DNA of 63,433 nucleotides, filler included, from Rozella allomycis CSF55 (Eukaryota): the NCBI GenBank assembly GCA_000442015.1. It is 8 parts of 8 records of this genome, joined end to end, with 100 filler letters (N's around TTAATTAATTAA, not from the genome) between each part and the next. Parts side by side here need not be neighbours in the genome. Positions count along the whole stretch, not along the records: positions 1 to 10,913 come from KE560999.1; positions 11,014 to 12,726 come from KE561003.1; positions 12,827 to 30,838 come from KE561004.1; 5 more parts are not named here. One strand, given 5' to 3'. Positions 1 through 13,218 of the stretch are shown piece by piece (positions within the stretch are counted from its first letter, which is position 1; the number at the start of each line of letters is the position of its first letter). The notes under the pieces are model-generated. The model made no database searches and had not been told where the DNA came from. It saw only the letters and a list, made by a program, of their open reading frames with translations. A program made the translations under genes and the position numbers.

Positions 1-29
1 TCGCTAGTAACCTGTCCACTCTGGACCCA

Positions 30-1000
30 GTGCAAATCCTGAAAAATCTTAATGACCGAGCAAACGAATTAAGACTTGCCGTGTCCCTCGTCGCCAAAAA
101 AGCATTTGAATGCCCTCCGGAAGCCTTCCCAAAAACACAAGCAAAACCTGAAGAAGAAAAACCAACAATTGCACAATCTGTTCTTTCACCTATCACTATT
201 CTGACTGACCCAGCCCAAAACGATGCTCCAACAACAACCCGTGCAATGACCGCAGAGGTCGTTACGAAGCTAACTGATGATAAAAGAGACGCTAAAGTCG
301 TGGCTCAAGTGTTTAAGAATAAAAGTGACGGAAAAGTCTCTGAACTCTATGGAAGTACGTACGCAAATTCGAAAGTATCGTCGAAGCTCACTCAAAGTAA
401 CTTCTTACTCTTTCGTCTTATGACGTAGACCGCATGGTACAGTGGGTGGCCATCCCTCACTTATCTTAAAAATGCGCTTCTAAAAGAATTTATAAGTCCT
501 TATTGGAAAACAGAAAAGATGACTCAAATTTTCCAAGTCCAATACAATTCCGTGATTGGCCAGGTAATGCTACAGACGTCGAATCGATGCGAGCCCATAG
601 TCCTGTAAAGCGTCAACTTAATCATAGTCCTAATTCTCCAAAGAAGAAGACTCGGGAAACATTCTTTTGCTAGTTTCATAAAAATAGAAATGTGAAGCAC
701 AATACGTCAGAATGCAAAATGCTAAAGAGAAACAATAGAGATAAAATTAAGGAAGCCGGGGAAAAGTTGGAGCGCGGAGAGTATTCCCCAAGAAGATGTG
801 CAGTCGCAACTATGGTCAACAATATGTGAAGGAACATAATCAAGTGGGTCCCAAAAGAAAACAAAAAGAACATCCTCAAATGAGGCGTATCGAGCGGACT
901 AAGTTAGACGAAATTCTTCAAGAAGACAAAAAGAGAGGCGGACGCCCCAAACTTCAAAATGATCAATGGGAAAAACGGCACCAAGTTTGTGTATACGTGC
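30..1000 (+). pseudogene. Degenerate retrotransposon gag-like remnant
   Basis: Broken ORFs; ~655-740 reads FC*FHKNRNVKHNTSECK, a gypsy-gag-type zinc-knuckle-like motif with an internal stop. Confidence 0.35.
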
Positions 1001-1254
1001 GCACATATAATCGATGTGAAGGTTAGAGCTGGGGTTGACCCAATGTGTACCCATGCCTTTGTATCTGATGTCGTACCAGACAATGACATGATGATATTAG
1101 ATGGATGAAACATTTGATATGGATCATACGATCGATGATATGTATTAAAACTCCCTAAATAGAATGTGAAGATAAGATACGGAAACCAATTCAATAACTA
1201 CTCCGAACTCATTGACTTTAGTTGGTACTTTTACAAATTACTTATCATTTTCTT

Positions 1255-1352
1255 ATCCGTGCTATGAGAGCACGGCAGTGCACTTGGAAGATAATCAATT
1301 AGTTACATTGCTAGAATCGTAATATTTTGGAGCGAGGAAGCTGCACCAAACT
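1255..1352 (+). pseudogene. Helitron Rep/helicase remnant, left part, interrupted by the copia element
   Basis: Encodes AVHLEDNQLVT, resembling the Helitron VHLxxxQxV motif that normally precedes KLTxxF; KLTEYF resumes after the copia insertion at 6443. Confidence 0.5.
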
Positions 1353-1531
1353 AATATAACTAGAAAAAGTAAGATGTAAAAGGTTTGTTTATTTAGTAAC
1401 TAAGTCGCTTTTAAAGGTTTCCAGCGTCGGAGACTTTTGAACCAATCACATTTCCTGACTTGATTATGTCTCCGAATCCATCCATAGTTCCATTAATCTT
1501 CTTTATTAAATCGTCGTTAATCATTCTGACA
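1353..1531 (-). repeat. 3' LTR of the copia element
   Basis: Near-identical to 6265-6442; starts TGTCAGAAT on the minus strand, directly after the PPT. Confidence 0.9.
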
Positions 1532-1540
1532 CCCTCCCTA
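1532..1540 (-). promoter_or_regulatory. Polypurine tract (TAGGGAGGG)
   Basis: Purine-rich run abutting the TG start of the 3' LTR on the minus strand. Confidence 0.8.
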
Positions 1541-2610
1541 GATTTCATTACTCCCATTTTCGACCTACGATAATCATTCAATTCTTGACTTAAACCCTTA
1601 GTAAGAATATCACTTATATGATCTTTAGATTTTTCATATTCAATTTTAATAATGCCTTTCTGAACATAATCACGAACATGATGATATCTTTCCTCAATAT
1701 GTTTTGTACGTCCATGCATTGAGGCCGTTTCTGCTAAACTGATCGCACCCGATTATCTTCTCTCAATAAAACACTTTTATTTTCAACCTTTCTCCACATT
1801 TTGATTTCCTTCAACAACTTTACGATCCACAACGCTTCCTTAGTCGCTTCACTTAATGCCATTTACTCCGCCTCTGTCGAACTTAACGCATTCACCCTTT
1901 GAGTTCTTGTCTTCCAACTGATTAAGCAGTTATTTAAATAAAACAAATATCCACCAATAGATTTTCTATCATCCACTTCACTTGCCCAGTTTGAATCACA
2001 ATACCCCACAAAACTAATCTTCCTATTACTATTTCCCTTATCATAACACAACACATAATCAATCGTGTATTTTAAATAACGCATTATGCGCTTTACCAGC
2101 TTCCAATGTAGTTCACCTGGATATTTGCAGTATTTACTAATAATGCCAACCGAATACGCGATGTCTGGCCTGGTCATATTGCTTATCCCCTGTAAATGAC
2201 CAACAGCTTCTCTGTATTTCACTCCTTGCATTTTTAATCTCTCTTCTCCATTCTGTGGACACATAGCGTCTGAATATTTCATACTTGATTCTATAGGGCT
2301 AAATACATCTCGGCAATTCTCCATATTGAATTCTTTCAGCATGTCTAAAATAAATTGTTTTTGACTTANGTGGACAAATAGCGTCTGAATATTTCATACT
2401 TGATTCTATGGGGCTAAAAACATCTCGACAATCCTCCATATTGAATTCTTTCAGCATGTCTAAAATAAATTGTTTCTGNTTACTAATAATGCCAACAGAG
2501 TACGCGATGTCTGGCCTTGTCATATTGCTAATCCACTGTAAATGACCAACAGCTTCTCTGTATTTCACTCCTTGCATTTTTAATCTCTCTTCTTCATTCT
2601 GTGGACANTT
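1540..2610 (-). pseudogene. copia RT C-terminus and RNase H fragments
   Basis: YREAVGHL, TRPDIAYSVG, GYCDSNWA, SSTEAE, HGRTKHI; duplicated across single-N joins. Confidence 0.9.
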
Positions 2611-3890
2611 TGGTTCTACTTCCGCTATTTCTTTTCTAAACTGTGTTTGGAAATCTTCCGTCTTTTGATCAATTTGTGTCTTTATACGTTCTTGAAATGT
2701 TGACTGTCTTTCGCCATTTCCAGTATCTGATTCGGATAATTTCTGAATGGTATTAGTATTTTGGCCAACATTTCCTCCTTGCTCATTTGATTGTTCTTCT
2801 ACTTTCGCTTGTTCATTTAATAAACTATCGAATACCCTATTCAACTTTGTTAATGAATTCAACATGTTTTCGTCATTTACTTTTTGTTCTTTACGGTGAT
2901 CAATAAATTTTACATGGGCTGTTGTAACAACAAAATTTGTTTTCTCCTTTCTTACCCTATATTGTCTAGTGTGTTCATCATATCCGACAAATGTTCCCAT
3001 TATTGCATTCGTGTCTAATTTCTGCCGTGTTTGTTTTGGAATGTGAATAAAGCAACTGCTCCCAATCGGTTTTAATATTTAAACATTTGGTCTTATCCCA
3101 CTGAATGCTTCTTCTGGTGTTATTTCATTTAATATTTTTGTTGGGGTTCGGTTTATCAAATATGCAATTGTGATCGCTAGTTCTCCCCACAATGATTTTG
3201 GCAAATTTGCTTGCTTTAATAAACAGCGAACCATGTTCATTATTGTTCCATTCTTTCGTTCTACAACGCCGTTCATCTCAGGTGTAAAACTATCAGTTTT
3301 TAAATGCTGAATTCCATGTGTTTCACAATAAGTCTTGAATGCATTATTACAAAACTCGCCTCCATTGTCACTTTTGACATTCTTTATTTTGTTCTTGCTC
3401 TGATTCTCAATGATTTTGAAAGGCTCAATCATCTCTTTCGTTGCATCGCTCTTGAGTGTCAATAGTCTCACAAAACATTTTCTAGAGTGATCATCCTCCA
3501 TCGTTAGCATGAATCGTTTCTTGGAAGGGGTTGCTGTTTCCATGGGTCCGACCAAATCCACATGTACCAAATCACCAACGTTTTCTCTTCTTCTCCATTC
3601 CACTCTATTCACGTTTCGCTTCGATTTATTTGTCGCGCAAATGTTGCAAATGCTCATTGGAATATCTTTGGGAAATTCGGGGATTCCAATGACCATTCTG
3701 TGCTTGCTCATGTATCGTAAATAGTCTTCATTAATGTGCCCCAATTTGATGTGCCATTCATCAATATCATTCGACGTTGCTTTATGGGCATTCTCCATTT
3801 CTTCCACCTTAGTCTTTAATATGTATAATGAATTCGCTCTGTCGGCTATTGCAATATTCTTTCCGTTTCGTTTAATATAGCAGCAATCCT
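2610..3890 (-). CDS. copia GAG-pre-integrase, integrase core and SH3-like C-terminal region
   Basis: WHIKLGH...CNIC zinc motif, VHVDLVGP, KSDNGGEF, NGVVERKN (DDE); GTFVGY downstream. Confidence 0.9.
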
Positions 3891-4320
3891 TNCAACGAGT
3901 GACTGTAATGCATTATCTATTGCCTTTTCCCTTTTTTCCTTTTTCCACACTTGTTATTGCTTTTTTGTAGTTCCTTGGAGTTTTGATTTCGCCAACAGTT
4001 AATGCATATTCCCGACCTGATGCTGCCATTTCTGCATAACTCACCGGTTTTAAATTTCGTAAACCAGGTCTTATACTTGCTCGTAAAGTTTCTGGATTTC
4101 TATCACCAAGTTTTGGTTCTACTTCCGCTATTTCTTTTCTAAACTGTGTTTGGAAATCTTCCTTCTTTTGATCAATCTGTTTCTTTATACGTTCTTGAAA
4201 TGTTGACTGTCTTTCGCCTTTTCCAGTATCTGATTCGGATAATTTCTGAATNTTCGGATAATTTTTGAGTAGTATTAGTATTTTGACCAACATTAGTTTC
4301 TTGCTCATTTGCTTTTTCTT

Positions 4321-4900
4321 CTACTTTCGCTTGTTCCATTCATCAATATCATTCGACGTTGCTTTATGGGCTTGCTCCATTTCTTCAACATTAGTCTTTA
4401 ATATGTATAATGACTTTGCTCTTTCGGCTATTGCAATATTCTTTCCGTTTCGTTTAATATAGCAGCAATCCTTTGTAAATTCAACATCAACATTTGCTTG
4501 ACTCATACTTTTAGAAATAGATAATAAATTGTGTTGCAGTTGGGGAATAAAGAATACATTTTGAAGTTTCAATTTATAAAGTTTTCCATGTCCGTCCTCC
4601 GCTTTTATAATGGCTTCACCAACACCTTCCACCACCAATTCCCTATTATCCGCAATAAAAATTTTAGGCTTCTTATTCATATTGATTGTGGTAAATAATT
4701 CCAAATGCGGCGTCATATGTGAACTTGCTCCTGAATCAATGATCCATTTGGTCTTGTTGTCCTGTTGCTCGTCGTATGCCATCAACGCTATTTCCTCATC
4801 AGTGTCGTCATTGTTATTGTGTGACTTAGCTTGTCTTATGCTGCTTGTTTTCTCTGGGCAGTTTCTAATTAAATGGTCACTGCTTCCACATCTAAAACAT
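4321..4900 (-). CDS. copia aspartic protease region
   Basis: WIIDSGASSHM ... NVFFIPQLQHNLLSI, preceded by the CFRCGSSDHLIRNC zinc knuckle. Confidence 0.9.
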
Positions 4901-6137
4901 TTTCTNATTGTTATTGCGTGACTTAGCTTGTCTTATGCTGCTCGTTTTCTCCGGGCAGTTTCTAATTAAATGGTCACTGCTTCCACATCTAAAACATTTT
5001 CTGGGCTCAAATTCCTTCTTCTTGCTGTTCTCAGAACTTTTGACCCTATTCGCTTCCTTTCGTTTTCCACCATTTTCGAATGGTTTCCTATTCAACTTTT
5101 TCTGCGCCTTCAANATTCCTTCTTTTTGCTGTTTTCAGAACTTTTAACCCTATTCGTTTCCTTTCGTTTTCCACCATTTCGAATGGTTTTGTATGTAACT
5201 TTTTCTGCGCCGTCAAAGCCAATTCACTCGACGTTTCTGTTTTGGCTCTTGTTGCCCTTCGTGCTGACTCTTCTTGAATTAGCTGTTGCAACATTTCCAA
5301 TACTGCTCTATGGTCATACTTTTTTGATTCGTCCAGATTATTGAAATAACAATCCACCTTGAACGATAACACTTCATTAATTCCATTCAACATTGCGCCA
5401 ACCAAGTCTTCACTACTAATTTTTCCTCCCACCTTTTTGTAGTCGCTTAACAAATTCTTGTGTATACGATTCTAAATCCATATCTTCTTCCATTTGAAGA
5501 TTCATTAATGCACGTCTTGCAGAGATTTTTAATCTTGCTGATTCGGCACCATATTTGCCTTTCACAAAATTCCANAATACTGCTCTATGGTCATACTTCT
5601 TTGATTCATCCAGATTATTGAAATAACAATCCACCTTAAACGATAACTCTTCATTAATTCCATTCAACAGTGCGCCAACCAAGTCTTCACTACTAATTTT
5701 TCCTCCCACCTTCTTGTAGTCGCTTAACAACTTCTTGTGTTCTCTGATAAACGATTCTAAATCCATATCCTCCTCCATTTGAAGATTCATTAATGCACGT
5801 CTTGCAGATATTTTTAATCTTGCTGATTCGGCACCATATTTGCCTTTCACAAAATTCCACACTTCATCTGCAAACTTGAACTCTTCAACGTCATCACGTT
5901 CGTAACTATCCATTGATAGCTTCAATATTCCTCCCGCTTTCATACATTCTTTGCGAACTTTTTCATTTGCAGTAGCTCCTTTTATTCGGTATGCTTCGTC
6001 CAAAGGTGTCTGCCAAACCCATTGCCGTGAGGTACGCTTCAAAGTCACTTTTCCAACGTAGGCAGGATGCTGATCCTTTCAGTTGCGAGATCTTCCCGCT
6101 TAAATCATTATATCTTGTAGCACTTGAGAGGCTCATA
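4900..6137 (-). CDS. copia gag (mosaic of overlapping copies)
   Basis: Begins MSLSSATRYND at the PBS; gag-like WNFVKGKYG..LMNLQM region; CCHC knuckle CFRCGSSDHLIRNC. Confidence 0.8.
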
Positions 6138-6249
6138 ACTCTAATATAACTAGAAAAAGTAAGATGNCACTTTTCCAACGTAGGTAGGATGCTGATCCAT
6201 TCAGTTGCGAGATCTTCCCGCTTAAATCATTATATCCTGTAGCACTTGA

Positions 6250-6263
6250 GAGGCTCATAACTC
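6250..6263 (-). promoter_or_regulatory. Primer-binding site GAGTTATGAGCCTC (internal tRNA-iMet, copia/Ty5 type)
   Basis: Immediately inside the 5' LTR; GTTATGAGCC is complementary to the initiator tRNA anticodon arm and contains the gag ATG. Duplicate copy near 6126-6141. Confidence 0.75.
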
Positions 6264-6264
6264 G

Positions 6265-6442
6265 AATATAACTAGAAAAAGTAAGATGTAAAAGGTTGTT
6301 TATTTAGTAACTAAGTCGCTTTGATAGGTTTCCAGCGTCGGAGACTTTTGAACCAATCGCATTTCCTGACTTGATTATTTCTCCGAATCCTTCCATAGTT
6401 CCATTATTCTTCTTTATTAAATCTTCTTTAATCATTCTGACA
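6265..6442 (-). repeat. 5' LTR of the copia element
   Basis: Direct repeat of 1353-1531 with scattered substitutions. Confidence 0.9.
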
Positions 6443-7860
6443 AAACTTACCGAATATTTTAATGTCTGTCAGCACGATGAGTTTGCCAAACAGCTAACAT
6501 ATGTGGACTTTGCTAAACATTACGTGTGTATAATTAATTCATGGCGCGGTAGACGAATATCTGAGAATGTTATACCTAGACGTTACTCTGTCTCTCCGTC
6601 TGAGTCTGAGCGATTTCATTTGCGAATGCTATTACAACTGTCAAAGGTGCGACGTCATTATCTTTCTTGCAAAGATTCAATTTACAAAGGAGCCGCGGCA
6701 GCCCGGGGATGAAAAATGACGGACTTTTGGCTCACCGCAAAGCCGCAAAATATATCCAAATTATGGAACGCACATAAGCATGCCCTTTTCGAAGTTCTTA
6801 ACAACTTGCCGGACAATGAAAAGTACAACAACGTAGCCATAGCTATTCGTGAACTGCTTAGTTTTCAAGGTAAACTTTATCATAAAATTCCAGGTCTCGC
6901 ACAAATATATGACGATCATGCGGGTGAAAGTACAGATCATGCCTTTAATGTCAATAAGTTGATCGCCGATGAATTGAATTATTCCGCAGACGAAAAAGAT
7001 GCCGGTTTGCAAAATATTACCCAACGATTGAATGCACGGCAACAAGCTGTGTTTGACCATGTAACGAACGTGGTGCTTAACGGTGGCGATCAGAAGAGTT
7101 GTTTTGTGGATGGCCCAGGTGGCTCTGGCAAGACTATCCTCTACTCGGCCATTCTGGCGTATCTTTGAAGTAATGGTAAGAAAGTCCTAGCTGTGGTATC
7201 GCCCCGTATTTGTGGCAAGGATGACGCAAAGCTCATTATCACTTCAAAATTCCTTTAGCATTAGATGCTCATGCTACATGCAACATACCACCAGTACGAG
7301 GCCGGTTAGCGGACCTGTTGAGAACTACGTCTCTTATTGTCTGGGCAAATGTCGTCGATAAGCCATTTAGCCCGTAGAGCTTGTGTACAGGATATGTACG
7401 CAATTGCAATAAATTGTTTGGCGGAGTGCCGTTTTTGTTTGAGGGAGATGTTTGTCAAGTATTGCCCGTCGTACTGAGAAGAACAACAACATGGACACAT
7501 TCATGAACACTGTGTTTCCCGACTTACATCAAAATCTTTCGAATACAGAATATCTTACACAACGTGCAATTGTAACGCCGCAAGACTCGGATGTTGATTT
7601 CTAAACCATAAAATCGGCGAGTCAATGCAAGGATTTTCAAAGACATATTATAGTGCTGATAGCGTCGAAGATGCAGACGAAGCCAGATTGTTTCCCACTG
7701 AATATTTGAACTCGCTTACTGTCGATAGATTAGCCGACCACAAACTATTTTTTAACATAGGCATGCCAATAATTTTGTTACGTAAATTAGATCTCCAACT
7801 CAACAAAGCGTGCCTCTCCTGTATCCCCTTGAACAATATATTTCTCCTTGCCAGGCTGGC
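6443..7860 (+). pseudogene. Helitron PIF1-family helicase remnant
   Basis: KLTEYF..LTYVDFAKHYV, ERFHLRMLL, LNARQQAVF, FVDGPGGSGKT (Walker A), FPTEYLNSL..HKL..GMPIILLR; several stops and frameshifts. Confidence 0.85.
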
Positions 7861-8526
7861 AGACCTGTTGTTTCCACTAAAGGACAAAACAAATCACTGT
7901 TCTTAAATACTCTTCCTAAAACAATATTTTATACAATAAAATATGCATTTTCACTTTGGCAAATATCTTCCTATTTTTATATAGAATAGAATAATCGACT
8001 TTTGAAAGTACAAATTGATAAAGGAGTTTCTTGAAGATTAAAAATAGATGATATTTGAATTAGAAAAATACAAAACATAAAAACTAAATAGAAATAAATT
8101 ATGAGGAAATGATAATGAATATTAAATTTTGAGATCATGTTGATGATAGAAATTAAGAAAGATGATAATTGATAATAAAAAGAAAACCTGACATATTAAA
8201 GATAAAAAAACATGGAAAGTTTCAATTGGTTTCTTGGCTCTAGAACACTTGAGGCGCAGGGAAAAAAAGCCTCCAAGAAGAAAAAAATAAAAAGTCTTCA
8301 ACGTGCCCTATTTTGACCTTTTCAAGCAAAGGATCCCTCGTACAACAAACCTATGTTATACAAATAAACTTTGGGGAGTCTCCTTATGCTCTAGGCGCTG
8401 CTACCATGTCACGAACTATTTTGAGAGTTTCTATTACCAGGGTCCCGAATTACAAGTCGTACTAATATTGTGCAAGATCGTCCGTGACAAAGCATCCATC
8501 CATTGAGGATCTGAATCTAAAGTTTC

Positions 8527-9212
8527 GCTAGACAATACCATGTCAGGGTCATTGAAGATAGCATAGAGTTCACAACCTTAATAGAGCTATTAAGGTTTCT
8601 CTATTGATAACTAACATAAATTTCATACACATTCATGAGGACCAAATATGGATAAGATATGCTAGACAATGCCCTGCCAAGGTCATTGGCGGTAGCATAG
8701 AGTTCAATCTATAACTGGGATACTATTTATAGAAAGAATCATCGATATAAAACTCTAAGGCGATATCATTCATTCTCAATCGACATTCGTTTTACTCTTT
8801 TATCTTTAAATTACTATACAATTTATGAGGATAAAGATACTATAAGCGCGTGGAGGGACATTTTTTCAATTAAAGAAGTAAATTGGTCAAGTAAGAGACA
8901 TTACGTTAATTAGGTCACCGAGAGAGGAGTTACTGAAATTCCAGATCTTTTTAAAACCCTTGCTGTATAACGTGGGAAATCGCCCCCTTTTGACCTTCGT
9001 GATCGAAGTCAACGTGTAGTCAGCTACCACATCGTCGACGCAAAACCATGTTATGGATCTAATACGATAGCAATTTACCCAATCATCTGTTGAGTTACAC
9101 AAGCTAATCTATGGATCCATGCTAGACAATTCCCTGCCAAGGTCATTGACGATAGCATAGAGTTCAATCTATAAATATGATACTATTTATAGAAAGAATC
9201 ATCGATATAAAA
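8527..9212. repeat. Dispersed direct repeats: ~45-bp core at 8527, 8661 and 9121; the last two extend to ~92 bp
   Basis: gctagacaatncc.tg.ca.ggtcattg..gatagcatagagttca occurs three times. Confidence 0.8.
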
Positions 9213-9338
9213 TTATGTTTTTGTAACGAAATCATGGATGGAAATTACTTTTATTGCTTTGTCATTTTTACTAAATAAATTTTAACCCTGGCTCTAAACG
9301 TTTTTGGTGTCTATCTAGGTTCAACACAAAAACATAGA

Positions 9339-10151
9339 ATGAAGTGTGAAACTCCCAAGCCGCTAGCAAAATATGGAAGGCCGCCTTTCACGCTCACAAG
9401 CACAATTCTTGACTCCTTTGGTGCCGAAGGTCTTCGATATCTTTTACGTGACGATTTCAAACCTCCGGAAGTCCCTGTTTTACTAAACGTTCCCGCTGCT
9501 CCCGTTCCGCTAAAAGCCAACGACAATAACAAGCTGCAAGTTTACCAAAGGGTTGACAAATCTATGGTCATGTTAAATCTATGAACAACGAAGCTCAGGA
9601 GAAGTANCAAGCCGCCTTTCACGCTCACAAGCACACAATTCTTGACCTCTTTGGTGCCGAAGTTCTTGGATATCTTTTACTTGACGATTTCAAACCTCCG
9701 GAAGTCCCTGTCTTACTAGACGTTCCCGCTGCTCCTGTTCCGCCAAAAGCCAACGACAGGGACTATGCTAACAAGCTGCAAGTTTACCAAAAACGTTGCC
9801 AAATCTATGGTCATGTTAAATCTATGAACAACGAAGCTCAGGAGAAGTATGAAAAATATTTTACAGATCAAGAAAAAGCCTTCTCTTTGTTGAAGAATTG
9901 TTTTCTTACGTGATAATGCTCCTAAGACTGTTCGTGAAGCCTTTAGTTTGTATGAGAGTGTATTTAAGGCAAAAGAATTATCTGGAAATGATTTAATTAG
10001 TTGGTTAAGAGACTTAATGCAAATCCCTTTAAAGAAAATTAGGCGCGATGACCCTGGTGAAATTCATAAATTTGTTCAAAGTTTGGTTTCAAACGCAAGC
10101 ATATTTCGAGAACTAATGAAAGAAGATATAGTTGAAACTAAAAAGAAGTAA
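9339..10151 (+). pseudogene. gag-like ORF remnant (two overlapping copies)
   Basis: Duplicated DFKPPEVPVL..YQ segment joined by N; Pro-rich then helical region typical of LTR gag; ends inside a solo-LTR-like repeat. Confidence 0.35.
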
Positions 10152-10265
10152 ACGTTAAAGGTAATTTATTGAATTTATGCTGAGTATATATATGAGTGAT
10201 AAATTAATTAGCGAATTTCCAATAATTAATTAAATTAATTGGAAAATAATGTAATATTCTTGACA
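10139..10265 (-). repeat. ~127-bp solo-LTR-like dispersed repeat (also 10463-10589; partial at 27713-27760 and 30939-31009)
   Basis: Starts TGTCAAGAAT on the minus strand; the same sequence occurs on three different contigs in different contexts. Confidence 0.6.
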
Positions 10266-10913
10266 TGCACCGGTATTAGACCTAGACGTGAGCTGAGGGA
10301 ATGAAGTCGAGGAACGTGACGAGCTTTAGTAAATAGATCGCTGAGCATTCTTTGACTTTCACAAAAAGTTACATGTATAGTTCGATTTTAATNATTTGTT
10401 CAAAGTTTGGTTTCAAACGCAAGCATATTTCGAGAACTAATGAAAGAAGATATAGTTGAAACTAAAAAGAAGTAAACGTTAAAGGTAATTTATTGAATTT
10501 ATGCTGAGTATATATATGAGTGATAAATTAATTAGCGAATTTCCAATAATTAATTAAATTAATTGGAAAATAATGTAATATTCTTGACATGCACCGGTAT
10601 TAGACCTAGACGTGAGCTGAGGGAATGAAGTCGAGGAACGTGACGAGCTTTAGTAAATAGATCGCTGAGCATTCTTTGACTTTCACAAAAAGTTACATGT
10701 ATAGTTCGATTTTAATGCGGCTGCCTAATAATATGATATGCAATGTCCAAATGCTTCAATCTATTTTGATGCGTACCAGATTNGAAAATCAGGAGTTACC
10801 CTCAAAAAACGCAGTACACGCTTTAGACATAACCAATGAATATTTCTTGGAGAATCTTGGAAACGAGAAAGATGGTTAAGTGCAAAACATATATCAGGCC
10901 TTGTCTTGATAGC

Positions 10914-11013
10914 NNNNNNNNNNNNNNNNNNNNNNNNNNNNNNNNNNNNNNNNNNNNTTAATTAATTAANNNNNNNNNNNNNNNNNNNNNNNNNNNNNNN
11001 NNNNNNNNNNNNN
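10914..11013. other. Artificial contig linker N-TTAATTAATTAA-N (also 12727-12826, 30839-30938, 32338-32437, 56050-56149, 59845-59944, 61164-61263)
   Basis: Identical 100-nt N/stop-codon spacer repeated seven times. Confidence 0.98.
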
Positions 11014-13218
11014 CATTTACCTTAAAACATAATCAGAGTCATATTAATAAAGTAATTTAAGTAATAAAAATAAAATCTTGTGTCGTCTTAACAGATTGTT
11101 TAAAAATAATCCATGGCTGAGGCGGATAGATATCTGGATATCTCGGACAATAAATAGGATGTAGAGCAACAGAGTGAAAATCAAAGCAAAATTCTTCATA
11201 TAATGCTTGCCTTGATATACTTTATGCATTGCGCTCAANCAGTTGGAAGTTAGAATAATGAGAAAGACATTAATTATTATTTATGTATTTTTGGACCGGT
11301 CAATATAGAGAACTGCTTGCCTGTTCAAACAGGGCAAACGATATCGTTGATAGCATTTTGCGGATATTTCAACGTGTTCTTGAAGTACCTGTTGTGTAAA
11401 AATTCAATATCCTACCGTGTCGCTACCCCGACGCTTGGCAAACCCTTTGGATGTTTCTATTAGACTCTTAGCNCAGACATTAATTAATATTTATGTATTT
11501 TTGGACCGGCCAATAAAGAGAACTGCTTGCCTGTTCAAACTGGGCAAACGATATCGTTGATAGCATTTTGCGAATATTTCAACATGTTCTTTAAGGATCT
11601 GTTGTGTTAAAATTTAATATCCTACCGTGTCACTACCCCGACGCTTGGCAAACCCTTTGGATGTTTCTATTAGACTCTAAGCTGCGCTAAGCGTCTTTGA
11701 TTTCCACGACATCATTTTGTCGACCGCTTACCTTGTCATTTTCGGCTCAATTGTACCGAGATCTTTAAAGTAGGCCCTAAAATCAATTGACCCGATCTGA
11801 AAAGAATTTATCGTTCCCGAATTGACCGGGAGATGGTGTGATCTTCAGCCATAATCATATTTTGAATTTAGAAACCAGTATCTGAGTGTACCAATAACGA
11901 AGGTTTCCCCGCTGCAGTCACTGCCCTTCCACGTCCATATTGGACCCTAAGCAATAATCTTTCATATAACCTTATTGTCAACTAAACATTCCCTAGCTTA
12001 CCGCAAAATAGATGACTAAGACTACCCATAAATATTCCGTGTTTTTTCTGAACATATGCAAGCAGCAGAAATCGGGACAAACACTTTCTAATGCCTCCCG
12101 GAAAGACGGTCGCGGCCTTACTAAACTATTGGGATAGCATCATCTATGATTTCCAACTGGCATCCGATTTCATTGTCCCCACGATATAGGTACATGCCAC
12201 TTACCTGTAATGTACGGGTTTCCCAAAGTTGAGACGACAAATTACCCGAAGCAAATACACGGACATCGAAAATTAATAGTCCTTTTACTGTTTACGCTTT
12301 TTCTTCAGTCTGGCCATTGCATGCGTACATATCCACGACATTTGCATAAATTATCGCTTCATTTGACAGTTTCTGTTTGAATTTCAAGCAAACAGAAGGA
12401 ATCTTTNATTTGACAGTTTCTGTTTGAATTTCAAGCAAACAGAAGGAATCTTTATAGAAATATTAATATCCTTACTTGAATCATCAGAAATGTTGTTTCA
12501 CCTGTATTCACAGTCACGAGATGTACATCTTACTCTAATGTTGAGTGCGAAAAATATCATCTGGCCTCGGATAATAGCTGTCCCTGTTACATTCAAGGAT
12601 GTGTAAAGTTCAAAATCCACCAAGGGTTAACTTTATCGCGCCTTTCATGCCTACATTTCTGCAAATTTAGATTATCTACCCTGGCTCTGGACTCTGGATG
12701 TTAGGATAAGAGTGCATTTTTTCAATNNNNNNNNNNNNNNNNNNNNNNNNNNNNNNNNNNNNNNNNNNNNTTAATTAATTAANNNNNNNNNNNNNNNNNN
12801 NNNNNNNNNNNNNNNNNNNNNNNNNNAAGTCGGGGTAATGAAGAAGTATGATTGGGGGATGCTGGGATGCACCAAAATGTCACATGTCACGTCAAATTTT
12901 ATGTACATTTGAGAGGGTTAGCGTTTAGTCTAAATATATCTTTCTACTTAGAATATTTGAAAAAAATNGCGATTCGCAAATCTTAAATTATACCAGTAAT
13001 CTACAAAACATTTCGCTTAAAAGTTAAACGACTCTAAAACTTTCATAAGCCGGCTCAACAACCTGAAAGTTATGACGAGATATCAAGCAAGTAGACTTCC
13101 TCACAATTTATTTACTTCGTGTAATTTATTGTCGACCATTGTACCCGGAATAAATAGACCTAGAATACTGAATAGCTAAAGCTTAGTCGCATTCCTATAA
13201 ATGGGGTAGATATATTTA

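Larger units (their letters stand above)
1353..6442 (-). mobile_element. Ty1/copia LTR retrotransposon (full-length outline, internally a mosaic of copies)
   Basis: Two ~178-bp LTRs, 5-bp TSD AAACT (1348-1352 and 6443-6447), and domain order gag, protease (WIIDSGASSH), GAG-pre-integrase/integrase, RT, RNaseH (YCDSNWA, SSTEAE, TKHI). Confidence 0.95.

Noticed and set aside
8527-9212. Spaced repeats as a CRISPR-like array
   Set aside because: Spacing is 134 and 460 bp and the repeats are degenerate; not repeat-spacer architecture.
10914-11013. Recurrent TTAATTAATTAA palindrome within N runs
   Set aside because: Artificial contig-joining spacer; genes on either side of a linker are not necessarily neighbours.
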